Assembly: GCA_964629685.1 (NCBI GenBank) | Contig: CAZVTT010000001.1 | Coordinates: forward strand, 385,319-449,318 | From: an uncultured Gammaproteobacteria bacterium | GTDB lineage: Bacteria; Patescibacteriota; Microgenomatia; UBA10105; UBA927 | Direction: 5' to 3' | DNA: 64,000 nucleotides | Part shown: one piece after another, positions 1 through 9,106 of the stretch | Layout of the letters: the number at the start of each line of letters is the position of its first letter | How positions within the stretch are numbered: position 1 is the stretch's first letter | Translations under genes and position numbers: made by a program | Notes under the pieces: generated by a model | The model's database searches: none | Told to the model about the DNA's origin: nothing | What the model saw: only the letters and a program-made list of their open reading frames with translations

Positions 1-2
1 CA

Positions 3-2033
3 TTCAGGGAAGAGCTTCTAGGTAATTTCGGGTGGGCTATGTATACATTCCCACCATTTCTGGTATCACTGAGTTTGTTATTTTTTAAAGTAAAATCAAG
101 CATTGCTCAAGCGAACGTACCCTTGGGATTGGGAATACTATTGATTGCGCTTATGGGAATTACTCAGTCCGGTATTCGTGGCGAAGAATTATGGAATCTT
201 GTTGCCGGTGCTACCTCTACGGAAGTTTCTATCTTAATTTTTATAAGTCTGTTCGTTATTGGACTACTGGTATTATTTCAGTCGTCACTAGATACTATTG
301 TTGCATTTTTCCTTGCGTTGGTGCATCGGTTATTTGATGCTATCGGTGGTATGGCAGATAATCTGGTACACAAAAAAGAACAACCACTTTTTCCTCAGGA
401 ACGTACGCCGGTAAAAATTAAAGGTAGTGAAGCAGAAAAACCATTGCTTAAACCATCCGTGATGTTACCATCTTCAACTCCGGTAAAAACGAATGTGCAG
501 CATAAAGCCAGTATGCATACTGATGAGAAAAAAGATTTAGCAATTCAATCTCCTGGATTAAAGCAGCCACAAGATATGGCCATGTGGGAATTCCCTCCGC
601 TTTCTTTGCTGTCTGATACATCGGGACAGAAGGCAGACCGTGGCGACATGCGGAAGAACATGGTGACGATTGAAAAAACACTGGAGAGTTTCGGATTGAC
701 CGCTCGGGTGGCTGAAGTAAATACGGGACCTGCGGTTACGCAGTACGCGTTGGAGTTAGCGCTCGGTACAAAAGTATCCAAGATAACATCCTTATCAAGT
801 GATTTGGCTTTGGCGCTGGCAGCGCCAACAGGACAGGTGCGTATCGAAGCGCCGATTCCCGGAAGGAATCTTGTGGGTATAGAAATTCCTAATAGAGGAC
901 TAGAGCTTGTAACGTTAAAACGAATGCTTTTATCTGAGCCAATGCGGAAAGCTAAAAGTAAATTATCGGTGTCTTTAGGCCTTGATGTTTCCGGAAGTCC
1001 GTTAATTGCGGATATTGGGAAAATGCCTCATGTACTTATTGCAGGAACTACCGGATCAGGTAAGTCAGTCTTAGTAAATGCTTGGATTACGTCTCTGTTA
1101 TTCCGGGCTACTCCAGCAGAAGTGCGATTGATAATGGTAGATCCAAAAAGAGTTGAGTTAACCGGATATAATGGCATACCGCACCTTTTGACCCCGGTTA
1201 TCGTTGAACCAGATAAAATTTTGTCAGCGCTGCGGTGGGCGATGAACGAAATGGATAATCGTTATAAGCAGTTTGCTGAAGTGGGTGTTCGGAATATAGA
1301 CGGATTTAACGAATTATCTGGGTTTCAGGCAATGCCATACATCGTTATTTTTATAGATGAATTGGCTGATCTAATGGCTTATGCACCGGTTGAGGTAGAA
1401 GACGCTATTTGCAGAATAGCACAAATGGCTCGTGCCACAGGTATACATTTAGTGTTGGCAACGCAGCGTCCATCTGTGGATGTTATTACTGGTCTCATTA
1501 AGGCCAATGTACCGTCACGTATTGCGTTTAACGTATCGTCTATGATTGACTCCCGTGTGGTTATTGACTCACCTGGAGCAGAAAAACTATTGGGACGTGG
1601 TGATATGCTCTATATCCCTGCAGATCAAGCGAAGCCAAGCCGTATACAAGGAACATTTGTTTCGGAACAGGAAGTAAATAAAGTGGTGGAGTTTATCCGT
1701 ACACATAATATTCCGGTTCAATACACGGAAGAAGTGACTACGCAGTCAGTTTCAGTTGGTAAAAAAGGCGGTGGGACTACTTCAGCCGGCGGTGATGGTA
1801 AGGATCAATTATTTGAAGATGCTATCCGCTTAATTTGTCAGCATGATAAAGCATCGGCGTCGTTGTTGCAAAGACGGCTCTCTGTCGGTTACGCCCGGGC
1901 GGCCCGTATCCTTGATCAATTAGAGGAAGCCGGTATTATTGGTCCAGGAGAGGGCTCAAAACCGCGAGATGTGTTAATAAAAAATGCTGATGACTACTTC
2001 GCTCAACAAGCAAGTCAGGAAACAGGAACGTAA
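3..2033 (+). CDS. ftsK: DNA translocase FtsK/SpoIIIE (5'-truncated by window edge)
   Basis: Frame is open from position 3. TM N-terminus, MPHVLIAGTTGSGKS Walker A, IFIDELADLM Walker B, ATQRPSVDVITG, and C-terminal gamma domain (ASASLLQRRLSVGYARAARILDQLE). Confidence 0.97.
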   Translation, partial: FREELLGNFGWAMYTFPPFLVSLSLLFFKVKSSIAQANVPLGLGILLIALMGITQSGIRGEELWNLVAGATSTEVSILIFISLFVIGLLVLFQSSLDTIVAFFLALVHRLFDAIGGMADNLVHKKEQPLFPQERTPVKIKGSEAEKPLLKPSVMLPSSTPVKTNVQHKASMHTDEKKDLAIQSPGLKQPQDMAMWEFPPLSLLSDTSGQKADRGDMRKNMVTIEKTLESFGLTARVAEVNTGPAVTQYALELALGTKVSKITSLSSDLALALAAPTGQVRIEAPIPGRNLVGIEIPNRGLELVTLKRMLLSEPMRKAKSKLSVSLGLDVSGSPLIADIGKMPHVLIAGTTGSGKSVLVNAWITSLLFRATPAEVRLIMVDPKRVELTGYNGIPHLLTPVIVEPDKILSALRWAMNEMDNRYKQFAEVGVRNIDGFNELSGFQAMPYIVIFIDELADLMAYAPVEVEDAICRIAQMARATGIHLVLATQRPSVDVITGLIKANVPSRIAFNVSSMIDSRVVIDSPGAEKLLGRGDMLYIPADQAKPSRIQGTFVSEQEVNKVVEFIRTHNIPVQYTEEVTTQSVSVGKKGGGTTSAGGDGKDQLFEDAIRLICQHDKASASLLQRRLSVGYARAARILDQLEEAGIIGPGEGSKPRDVLIKNADDYFAQQASQETGT

Positions 2034-2071
2034 AACTGCGAACGGTATTACCCGGAAAGAAAAGTATTTTT

Positions 2072-2710
2072 ATGCGAACAGTTGGTGAAATGCTTCAAGA
2101 GGCTCGTTTAGCAAAAGGCTATTCGCTAGATAAAGTCGAACAGGCAACAAAAATTAGGGCAAAGTTTCTAGCGGCGATAGAAGCCGATGAATATGCCAGG
2201 TTACCGTCACTTGCGTACGCGAAAGGATTTGTTAAAAATTACAGTGAATTTTTGGGACTGAACAGTAAAACTATTTTGGCTTTTTTTCGCAGACAGACTC
2301 TGGAAGTCCCGAAGTCCAGTCTTTTACCTCGTGGAGTAGCAGATCCGTTGAATAAGCCATTTTTTCGCATTACTCCCAGTCGCTTCTTAGCGTTCCTGCT
2401 TTTAGGATTAGTTTCCGTGTTTTTGCTTTATTTTGGTTTGCAGTATAGACAGTTACGGCTTGAACCGCGGTTAACCATTGATGCACCTAAAGATCAAACG
2501 ACCACGAGTGAACGTCGAATAGATGTGTTGGGTGTTACTGATGCAGACGCTACAGCAACCATAAACGGTGTTAGCGTTTTGGTGCGGAGTGACGGAAAAT
2601 TTTTTGATCAGGTTTCTTTAGTTGAAGGGATAAACAGGATAGTCATAGCTTCCACGAGTAGATTTGGCAAAGTAACGACTCAAACTCGGGAAGTAACGTT
2701 ACAATTATAA
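2072..2710 (+). CDS. RodZ-like HTH membrane protein with C-terminal Ig-like domain
   Basis: N-terminal HTH (GEMLQEARLAKGYSL...YAKGFVKNYSEFLGL), single TM helix, beta-rich C-terminus; follows ftsK. Confidence 0.8.
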   Translation: MRTVGEMLQEARLAKGYSLDKVEQATKIRAKFLAAIEADEYARLPSLAYAKGFVKNYSEFLGLNSKTILAFFRRQTLEVPKSSLLPRGVADPLNKPFFRITPSRFLAFLLLGLVSVFLLYFGLQYRQLRLEPRLTIDAPKDQTTTSERRIDVLGVTDADATATINGVSVLVRSDGKFFDQVSLVEGINRIVIASTSRFGKVTTQTREVTLQL

Positions 2711-2719
2711 CCTTTTTGG

Positions 2720-2748
2720 TTGACAGTCGGACGACTTTAACGCATACT
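2720..2748 (+). promoter_or_regulatory. sigma70-type promoter
   Basis: TTGACA(2720-2725)-17 nt-CATACT(2743-2748) upstream of ATG 2770. Confidence 0.6.
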
Positions 2749-2769
2749 AACGTTATACCATTTCTGCCT

Positions 2770-3030
2770 ATGGATCCTGTACAAATTGTTATCATCATCA
2801 TCAGTCTCGTTCTTACTCTTCTGGTAATTTTTTTGAGTGTTCAAGTGTGGTACATTCTGCGTGAGGTTCGACGCTCCATGGAAAAGATGAATAAGATGCT
2901 AGAAGATATGGGAAAAGTAACAGGTTCAATCGGCGACGGTGTGTCCAATGTATCTACGATGGTCAGTGGACTTAAAGCAGGGTTATCTGCATTTGGTGCG
3001 TTGCGACAGAGAGGGGAAACACATGAGTGA
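2770..3030 (+). CDS. small membrane coiled-coil protein, YtxG/DUF948-like
   Basis: N-terminal TM followed by coiled coil; overlaps a YtxH-like gene. ATG 2770 preferred over TTG 2716, which lies inside the promoter. Confidence 0.6.
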   Translation: MDPVQIVIIIISLVLTLLVIFLSVQVWYILREVRRSMEKMNKMLEDMGKVTGSIGDGVSNVSTMVSGLKAGLSAFGALRQRGETHE

Positions 3031-3415
3031 TTTGGAACGTAAAGACGGAAAATTCTTATTGGGATTTTTTGTGGGTGGCCTGTTGGGAGCTTTGATAATA
3101 TTTTTTTTGGGAACAAAAGAAGGAAAAAAAGCAGGTAAAATTTTGGAAGACCGCAGCCGGAATTTGTTGGGAGAATTAGAAGATAAGCTAAATAATTTTG
3201 AGAAAAAGGGTAAAGATCTGGTTCGGGAGGGTGAACAGTTAAAAGATGAGGTTGTAGAGCAATTAGAAGAACGACGTGAAGAATTTACTCATGAGACAAC
3301 TAAAAAATTAGACACTGCCTTGGCACATATAGAGGCTTTACAAGAACACGGCCGGGAAACAACGTCAAGTTTACGGAAAAGATTGTTTAAAAATATTCCT
3401 AAAAAATCGGCATAA
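3023..3415 (+). CDS. YtxH-domain protein
   Basis: FLLGFFVGGLLGALIIFFLGTKEGKK motif followed by a charged coiled coil; GAGGGG SD-like sequence before ATG 3023. Confidence 0.75.
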   Translation: MSDLERKDGKFLLGFFVGGLLGALIIFFLGTKEGKKAGKILEDRSRNLLGELEDKLNNFEKKGKDLVREGEQLKDEVVEQLEERREEFTHETTKKLDTALAHIEALQEHGRETTSSLRKRLFKNIPKKSA

Positions 3416-3419
3416 CGGA

Positions 3420-3977
3420 TTACTTCCGTCTCTGTTTTGCAACTGTGGATTGTCCGAGCAACCTCATAAACTCCTTATCGGTTATTATGTCTTTAACGGT
3501 CTGCAGACGGTCGAGAAAAACGATTCCGTTTAGGTGATCCACTTCGTGTTGAATAATTCGCGCTACGAAATCAGAATATTCTGCAACAATACGTTTGTTA
3601 TTTCGGTCGGAATAGGTAATTCGAATGTGTTTTGCCCGTGGTACCAGACCACGGATGCCGGGAATGCTTAAACATCCCTCCCAGTCTTTGTCGAGTTCGG
3701 GGTCATAATCTTTTATTATCGGGTTGATCATGGCTGTAGGTTTCATAACGGGAGCATGTGGATATCTCGGGTTCGGATGTGATGCGATTACTATTATCCG
3801 TCTTGATTCATAAACTTGCGGCGCTGCTATTCCTACCCCATTTACATCGGTTACTGTGGCAATAAGATTATCAATTAGTATTTGTGTATTCGGCTGAAGG
3901 ATATCCGTTACCTGTCTCGCGTTTTTTCGTAGTACAGGCTGACCGAGTTGAGCTATCTGGAGGAGTGTGTTGGTCAT
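3420..3977 (-). CDS. def: peptide deformylase
   Basis: GVGIAAPQV, EGCLS and QHEVDHLNG motifs. Confidence 0.97.
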   Translation of the reverse strand: MTNTLLQIAQLGQPVLRKNARQVTDILQPNTQILIDNLIATVTDVNGVGIAAPQVYESRRIIVIASHPNPRYPHAPVMKPTAMINPIIKDYDPELDKDWEGCLSIPGIRGLVPRAKHIRITYSDRNNKRIVAEYSDFVARIIQHEVDHLNGIVFLDRLQTVKDIITDKEFMRLLGQSTVAKQRRK

Positions 3978-4053
3978 GAGGCGATTATAGCAAAGTACCC
4001 GGTAGAATAGCTCGTAGTATGAGCCCGTGAACGGGAATGTTATAATTCACAAT

Positions 4054-5862
4054 ATGAAATCTGCAGATGTTCGTACTAAGTATTTAGAATATTTTAAAAA
4101 ACAGCAACATATTATCATTCCTTCGTCCAGATTGGTTCCGGAAAATGATGCGACGACGTTATTTACCAGTAGCGGTATGCAACCATTGGTGCCATATCTC
4201 TTAGGACAACCGCATCCGAATGGAAAACTACTCGTAAACAGTCAAAAATGTATTCGAGCTCAGGATATAGAGGAAGTCGGAGATAATCGTCATACTACAT
4301 TTTTTGAAATGCTGGGTAATTGGTCTCTCGGATCATATTTTAAGGAAGAGCAGTTGACATGGATTTTTACCTTCCTAACGGAACAATTGGGTTTAGAGCC
4401 AGGGAAACTCTATGTGACAGTGTTTGAAGGAAATGCATCAGTACCGAAAGATACTGAATCAATTGCAATTTGGCAAGCTTTATTCTCGCGGGTGGGAATT
4501 ACTGCAAAAGTCGGAGAGCGGATTGTCTCGTACCCGGCTAAAAAGAACTGGTGGTCCCGCAGCGGTGAACCAGATAAAATGCCCCCCGGTGAACCAGGTG
4601 GACCCGATAGTGAGGTTTTCTATGATTTTGGGAGTCAGCATAATCCTGATTTTGGGAAAGAGTGTCATCCCAATTGTGATTGTGGTCGATTTATGGAGAT
4701 AGCAAACTCGGTATTTATGCAATACAAGAAAGAAACCGATGGTACATTAAAAGAACTTAGTCAAAAAAATGTTGATTTCGGCGGCGGGTTAGAACGCCAG
4801 GTAGCTGCTACACAGAATAATCCCGATGTGTTTGCCACAGATTTATTTACGGGCATAATCGGAACAATCGAGGAGATTGTAGGTAAATCATATGGTGAAG
4901 ATACCAACAAGGCTGCCATGCGTATTATTGCCGATCATTTGAAAGCATCTACATTCCTTATTGTAGATGGTGTAGTTCCGTCCAATAAAGATAGAGGGTA
5001 CGTTCTTCGACGATTACTCCGGCGGGCAGCCATAAAAATGCATGCGCTCCGCGGTGGACTAACACCTATTCCAAGCTTCCAGGAAATTTGTATGAGTGTT
5101 TTACGTACGTATGACGGGGTATATTTTTCAGTTTTGGAGGAAAAGGAGCCGGTAAATAAAGTAATTGACGATGAACTCAGCCGGTTTGCCTTAAGTCTGG
5201 ATAAGGGATTGCGTGAAGTTAAAAAAATAGAGGCAATTGATGGAAAAAAAGCGTTTGATTTATATCAAACATACGGTTTCCCGGTAGAAATTACGGCAGA
5301 ATTGTTTGCGCAAAAAGGGCAACAAATCGATCTTCATCAGTTTAAGGATGAATTTAATAAACATCGTGAAACATCCAGAACAGCAAGTGCCGGTATGTTT
5401 AAAGGGGGGTTAGCAGATCATAGCGAACAGACCACGAAGCTGCATACGGCTACGCACCTACTGCATCAGGCATTGCATACGGTACTCGGAAATCATGTGG
5501 CACAGAAGGGAAGTAATATTACGGGTGAACGCTTACGTTTTGATTTCTCCCATGGTACTAAAATTACACCTGAAGAGCTTCAGTCTGTATCCGATCTGGT
5601 TAATCAGAAAATTCAGGAAGATTTGCCTGTTACGTACACCATTATGTCCAAGGATGAAGCATTACAAAGCGGAGCTTTAGCGTTTTTCGGTGAACGGTAT
5701 TCGGAAAAAGTGAAAGTATACAGTATGGGTAATTTCAGTAAAGAAATTTGTGGTGGACCACATGTTGAGCATACCGGTACGTTGGGAAAATTTATTATTA
5801 CTAAAGAAGAATCAGCAGGAGCTGGGATACGGCGTATATACGCCGTATTAGAGGTGCGATAG
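4054..5862 (+). CDS. alaS: alanine--tRNA ligase (short form lacking C-Ala domain)
   Basis: LFTSSGMQP, RHTTFFEMLGNWS, HTATHLLH, EICGGPHV; ends right after GIRRIYAV. ATG 4054 is 7 nt after TGnTATAAT. Confidence 0.96.
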   Translation: MKSADVRTKYLEYFKKQQHIIIPSSRLVPENDATTLFTSSGMQPLVPYLLGQPHPNGKLLVNSQKCIRAQDIEEVGDNRHTTFFEMLGNWSLGSYFKEEQLTWIFTFLTEQLGLEPGKLYVTVFEGNASVPKDTESIAIWQALFSRVGITAKVGERIVSYPAKKNWWSRSGEPDKMPPGEPGGPDSEVFYDFGSQHNPDFGKECHPNCDCGRFMEIANSVFMQYKKETDGTLKELSQKNVDFGGGLERQVAATQNNPDVFATDLFTGIIGTIEEIVGKSYGEDTNKAAMRIIADHLKASTFLIVDGVVPSNKDRGYVLRRLLRRAAIKMHALRGGLTPIPSFQEICMSVLRTYDGVYFSVLEEKEPVNKVIDDELSRFALSLDKGLREVKKIEAIDGKKAFDLYQTYGFPVEITAELFAQKGQQIDLHQFKDEFNKHRETSRTASAGMFKGGLADHSEQTTKLHTATHLLHQALHTVLGNHVAQKGSNITGERLRFDFSHGTKITPEELQSVSDLVNQKIQEDLPVTYTIMSKDEALQSGALAFFGERYSEKVKVYSMGNFSKEICGGPHVEHTGTLGKFIITKEESAGAGIRRIYAVLEVR

Positions 5863-5957
5863 CTGAACTGCGAAATTATTTTTGTACCCCGTAGTTGCGT
5901 TCGTTACGCGAACGTTGTTAGTATGAAGTAAGCGACTAAGGACTCGCTTTTGATTAT

Positions 5958-8333
5958 ATGAAGTTTCCTAACCCATTATCACAGCTCAAACCGAAACAAC
6001 CGGTGGAAAAAGAGTATTTTATTTCTCTTCTGCTCGATACTCGTTCCGTGTGCGCTGCAGCTTGGCAGGTGGGTCGGAACGGAACTGCCGAAATAGCGGC
6101 GATGGCTTCGGTGGAGATACTCAAGGACAGTTGGGAAGATCGGATACAGGCAACGGATAGAATTATTTCTAAACTGGAAGAGACTGTTAGAAGTACAAAT
6201 CTTCACAAAGTAATTTTTGGTTTACCGGCAGTATATTTAACCGAAACAGGAGATATACAAAAAACGGTACGACCGTTTATAAAAAAACTTACGACTGAGC
6301 TTTCGTTGGAAGCAATGGGATTTGTCCCGAATTTTCAAGCGATAGTCCATTTGTTAAAGCATGCTGAAGGTGTTCCCCCGAGCGTTATACTTATCGGATT
6401 TTCCGGACCTGATGCGACCGTGAGTATCTATAAAGTGGGTTCACCCGTCGGACATCATCAAATCCATTCAGAACAGACGGTTCAGGAATTAGAAGGGGTA
6501 TTAAGATCACATACAGAGTTGGAGCTGTTACCCTCCAGAGTATTATTATACGGGTTGAATGAAGCCAAATTGGAAACAATAAAACGCGAACTTTTGCGTC
6601 ATCCGTGGCAGAATAAAGTAAATTTCATGCATTTTCCCAAAATTGAGATTATGCCGAAAGATACTGCCTCAAAAGCAGTATCACAGGCAGGGGCAAGTGA
6701 ATTGTCAACGAGTATAGTTGACCTAGCCGAAGATGTAATAGCCCAGGACTCAGACGCAGCAGAAACGGAAGAGCCAATTGAAACGGCAACTGAGGAACAA
6801 CTACCTGTAGAAAATGCTGAAGATACAGAAGAAGCGGAGTCAGTATCCGAGGAGTCTGATAGCGAAGATATCTCTGAAATAACAGATGAAAATCAAGCTG
6901 TTCCGGAAGGAACGGCAAATGTGGTTCTGGTTGATCCAGAAACGCTCGGTTTTAAGAAACAGGCTACAGAAACGTACAGGACTGTCGCTACACCCCTGCA
7001 AAAACATTTAGAGATTAAAGGTTCAGGTGTTGAAAAGAGTGAAGCAAAAGAGACGACGTCGGTATGGTCAAGGCTTACAAAAGGGAAGTTACTTAAAACA
7101 AAGCAGACTTCTGCTCATCGTGACGATGAGGATAATTACGAAAACGAAGTAGAGGAACAATCTAAATTTGGCTCCGGTAGGTCTCTGCCGTTTGGACGAT
7201 TATTGCCGTTATTCGTGATCTTAATTGTCATTCTTGGCGGTATGCTTGGTGTATTTTATTGGGTTCTTCCGAAAGTGGAAGTAACCGTGTTAGCTATACC
7301 CAGAATAATTGAAAAATCCGAAACGGTGAGTATTGATCAAACGGTATCTATTTCAGACGTAGCTGCAAAAGTTATACCGGGAAGAACAAAGGAAGAAGTT
7401 TTATCGGGAGAAAAAACGATTCCAGTTACCGGGAAGAAAAAAGTGGGAACTCCGGCAAAGGGAAGCGTTTCTATCTTCAACAAATCATTAACATCTAAAT
7501 CATTAAAAAAGGGTCAGGTACTGAATTCCGGTTCTCTGCAATTTTCTTTGGCAAGTGATATTTCCGTCGCCTCTGCCTCGGAAAATTTAGTGAGCGGAAC
7601 TGTTACTTTCGGAAAAGCCACTGTGGAAATTACTGCGAGTGGCATAGGACCGGAGAGCAATCTCCCTGCGGGAACGGAGTTTACGTTCAAAGATATTTCA
7701 TCCGGTATGCTTGTAGCCAGGAATGATCAGGCTTTGGCAGGAGGCACCAGTAAAGACATAACAGTAGTTTCCCGCGCCGACCAGGATGCGCTTGTAAAAG
7801 CATTATCAGCTGAGCTATTAGAACAAGCTAAAAAGGAGTTAAGTTCCAAGGTAGGCGGTGCTGAAAAATTAATTGACTCTACCGTGAAAACGTCAGTAAC
7901 CGAAAAAAGTTTTATGCAGGAATTAGATCAGGAAACGGAAGAGCTCCAAGGAAAAGTAACGGTATCGGTTACGGGAATTGCGTATAGCGAGGATGATGGG
8001 AAAGCATTGCTCCAGTCAGCACTGACAAGTGAAATCCCTTCCGGGTACTCTATTTTAGAAGGGAAAACCAGTATTGATGTTAGCTCGGCACAGGTAAAAA
8101 AGGACGGTTCTATTTCAGTTAGTATGAACGGAAAGATAGTTGCATTACCGAATATGCAAACTCAGGAAATGCAGCGTAATCTGGTGGGAAAGAGTGTCTC
8201 TGAAGCTCAAACATTTCTGAAGTCCGTAAGCGGAGTCGGTGGTGTAACATTCACATTCCGACGATCTCCGTTTACAAATCGTTTACCGTCAAATGCAAAT
8301 AATATCTCCGTTGCTGTTGCAGTACAGGAATAG
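5958..8333 (+). CDS. membrane protein: putative actin-fold-like N-terminus, acidic linker, TM helix, baseplate J/gp47-like C-terminal domain
   Basis: E/D-rich linker ~aa 255-315, TM ~aa 412-437, motifs AKGSVSIFN / VEITASGIGPESNLPAG / NDQALAGG resembling the baseplate J family; domain calls made by eye. Confidence 0.55.
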   Translation: MKFPNPLSQLKPKQPVEKEYFISLLLDTRSVCAAAWQVGRNGTAEIAAMASVEILKDSWEDRIQATDRIISKLEETVRSTNLHKVIFGLPAVYLTETGDIQKTVRPFIKKLTTELSLEAMGFVPNFQAIVHLLKHAEGVPPSVILIGFSGPDATVSIYKVGSPVGHHQIHSEQTVQELEGVLRSHTELELLPSRVLLYGLNEAKLETIKRELLRHPWQNKVNFMHFPKIEIMPKDTASKAVSQAGASELSTSIVDLAEDVIAQDSDAAETEEPIETATEEQLPVENAEDTEEAESVSEESDSEDISEITDENQAVPEGTANVVLVDPETLGFKKQATETYRTVATPLQKHLEIKGSGVEKSEAKETTSVWSRLTKGKLLKTKQTSAHRDDEDNYENEVEEQSKFGSGRSLPFGRLLPLFVILIVILGGMLGVFYWVLPKVEVTVLAIPRIIEKSETVSIDQTVSISDVAAKVIPGRTKEEVLSGEKTIPVTGKKKVGTPAKGSVSIFNKSLTSKSLKKGQVLNSGSLQFSLASDISVASASENLVSGTVTFGKATVEITASGIGPESNLPAGTEFTFKDISSGMLVARNDQALAGGTSKDITVVSRADQDALVKALSAELLEQAKKELSSKVGGAEKLIDSTVKTSVTEKSFMQELDQETEELQGKVTVSVTGIAYSEDDGKALLQSALTSEIPSGYSILEGKTSIDVSSAQVKKDGSISVSMNGKIVALPNMQTQEMQRNLVGKSVSEAQTFLKSVSGVGGVTFTFRRSPFTNRLPSNANNISVAVAVQE

Positions 8334-8368
8334 AACGGTGCCTATCTGTTGGTACCTCAAACAAACTT

Positions 8369-9100
8369 ATGGCAATGTACAAATATGTTAAATCAAAGCC
8401 TAAACGTTCGATTCGAAGACCAATTATTGTATCCTTTGTGCTTATTGGTATTGGTGGAGCAATATTAGGTTGGGTTTCGTGGCCGATAATTGCCTTCTCC
8501 TTATTTTCGGCTCCGTTATTGTCTACTATCGTTTCACCTCTTCAGGAACGGCAATTGGCGCATGGAACTACATTGACTAGTCAGGTAATGGCTGCTGATG
8601 GTGTGCAGAACGATAGCAATCCGGCGGATTTAACCCATGCAGATATGTGGTTTCCTACAAAACCACAAAAAAAAGTAGTAACACCAGTGAATACGTATCG
8701 CTTGTCTATCCCAAAATTGACGGTTAAGGAGGCAATGGTAACGATTGCAGGAGACGATTTAAATCACAGCCTTGTGCATTACGGTGGAACTGGGCTGCCA
8801 GGTCAATTCGGGAATGCAGTTATTTTCGGTCATTCGGTTTTACCACAGTTTTTTAATCCCAAGAATTACATGACTATATTTTCAACACTGCCGACGTTAA
8901 AAGAAGGTGACGATATTTTTATTACGTATGATAGCGTGACGTATAAGTATAAAGTTGAATCGATGATTGTCAAAGATCCTGCAGATTTAAGTGTGCTTGA
9001 ACAACAATATGATGATTCTTACATAACATTGGTTACATGCGTGCCCCCAGGTACATACTGGAAACGGCTTAATGTCCGGGCCCGGCTAGTAAAGGTATAA
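8369..9100 (+). CDS. sortase
   Basis: N-terminal TM, GNAVIFGH (His), TLVTC (Cys) and downstream Arg (KRLNVRA). Confidence 0.9.
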   Translation: MAMYKYVKSKPKRSIRRPIIVSFVLIGIGGAILGWVSWPIIAFSLFSAPLLSTIVSPLQERQLAHGTTLTSQVMAADGVQNDSNPADLTHADMWFPTKPQKKVVTPVNTYRLSIPKLTVKEAMVTIAGDDLNHSLVHYGGTGLPGQFGNAVIFGHSVLPQFFNPKNYMTIFSTLPTLKEGDDIFITYDSVTYKYKVESMIVKDPADLSVLEQQYDDSYITLVTCVPPGTYWKRLNVRARLVKV

Positions 9101-9106
9101 TACAGT

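Noticed and set aside
5958-8333. Prophage or contractile injection system locus
   Set aside because: Single gene with a TM helix among housekeeping genes; no sheath, tube, spike, capsid or integrase.
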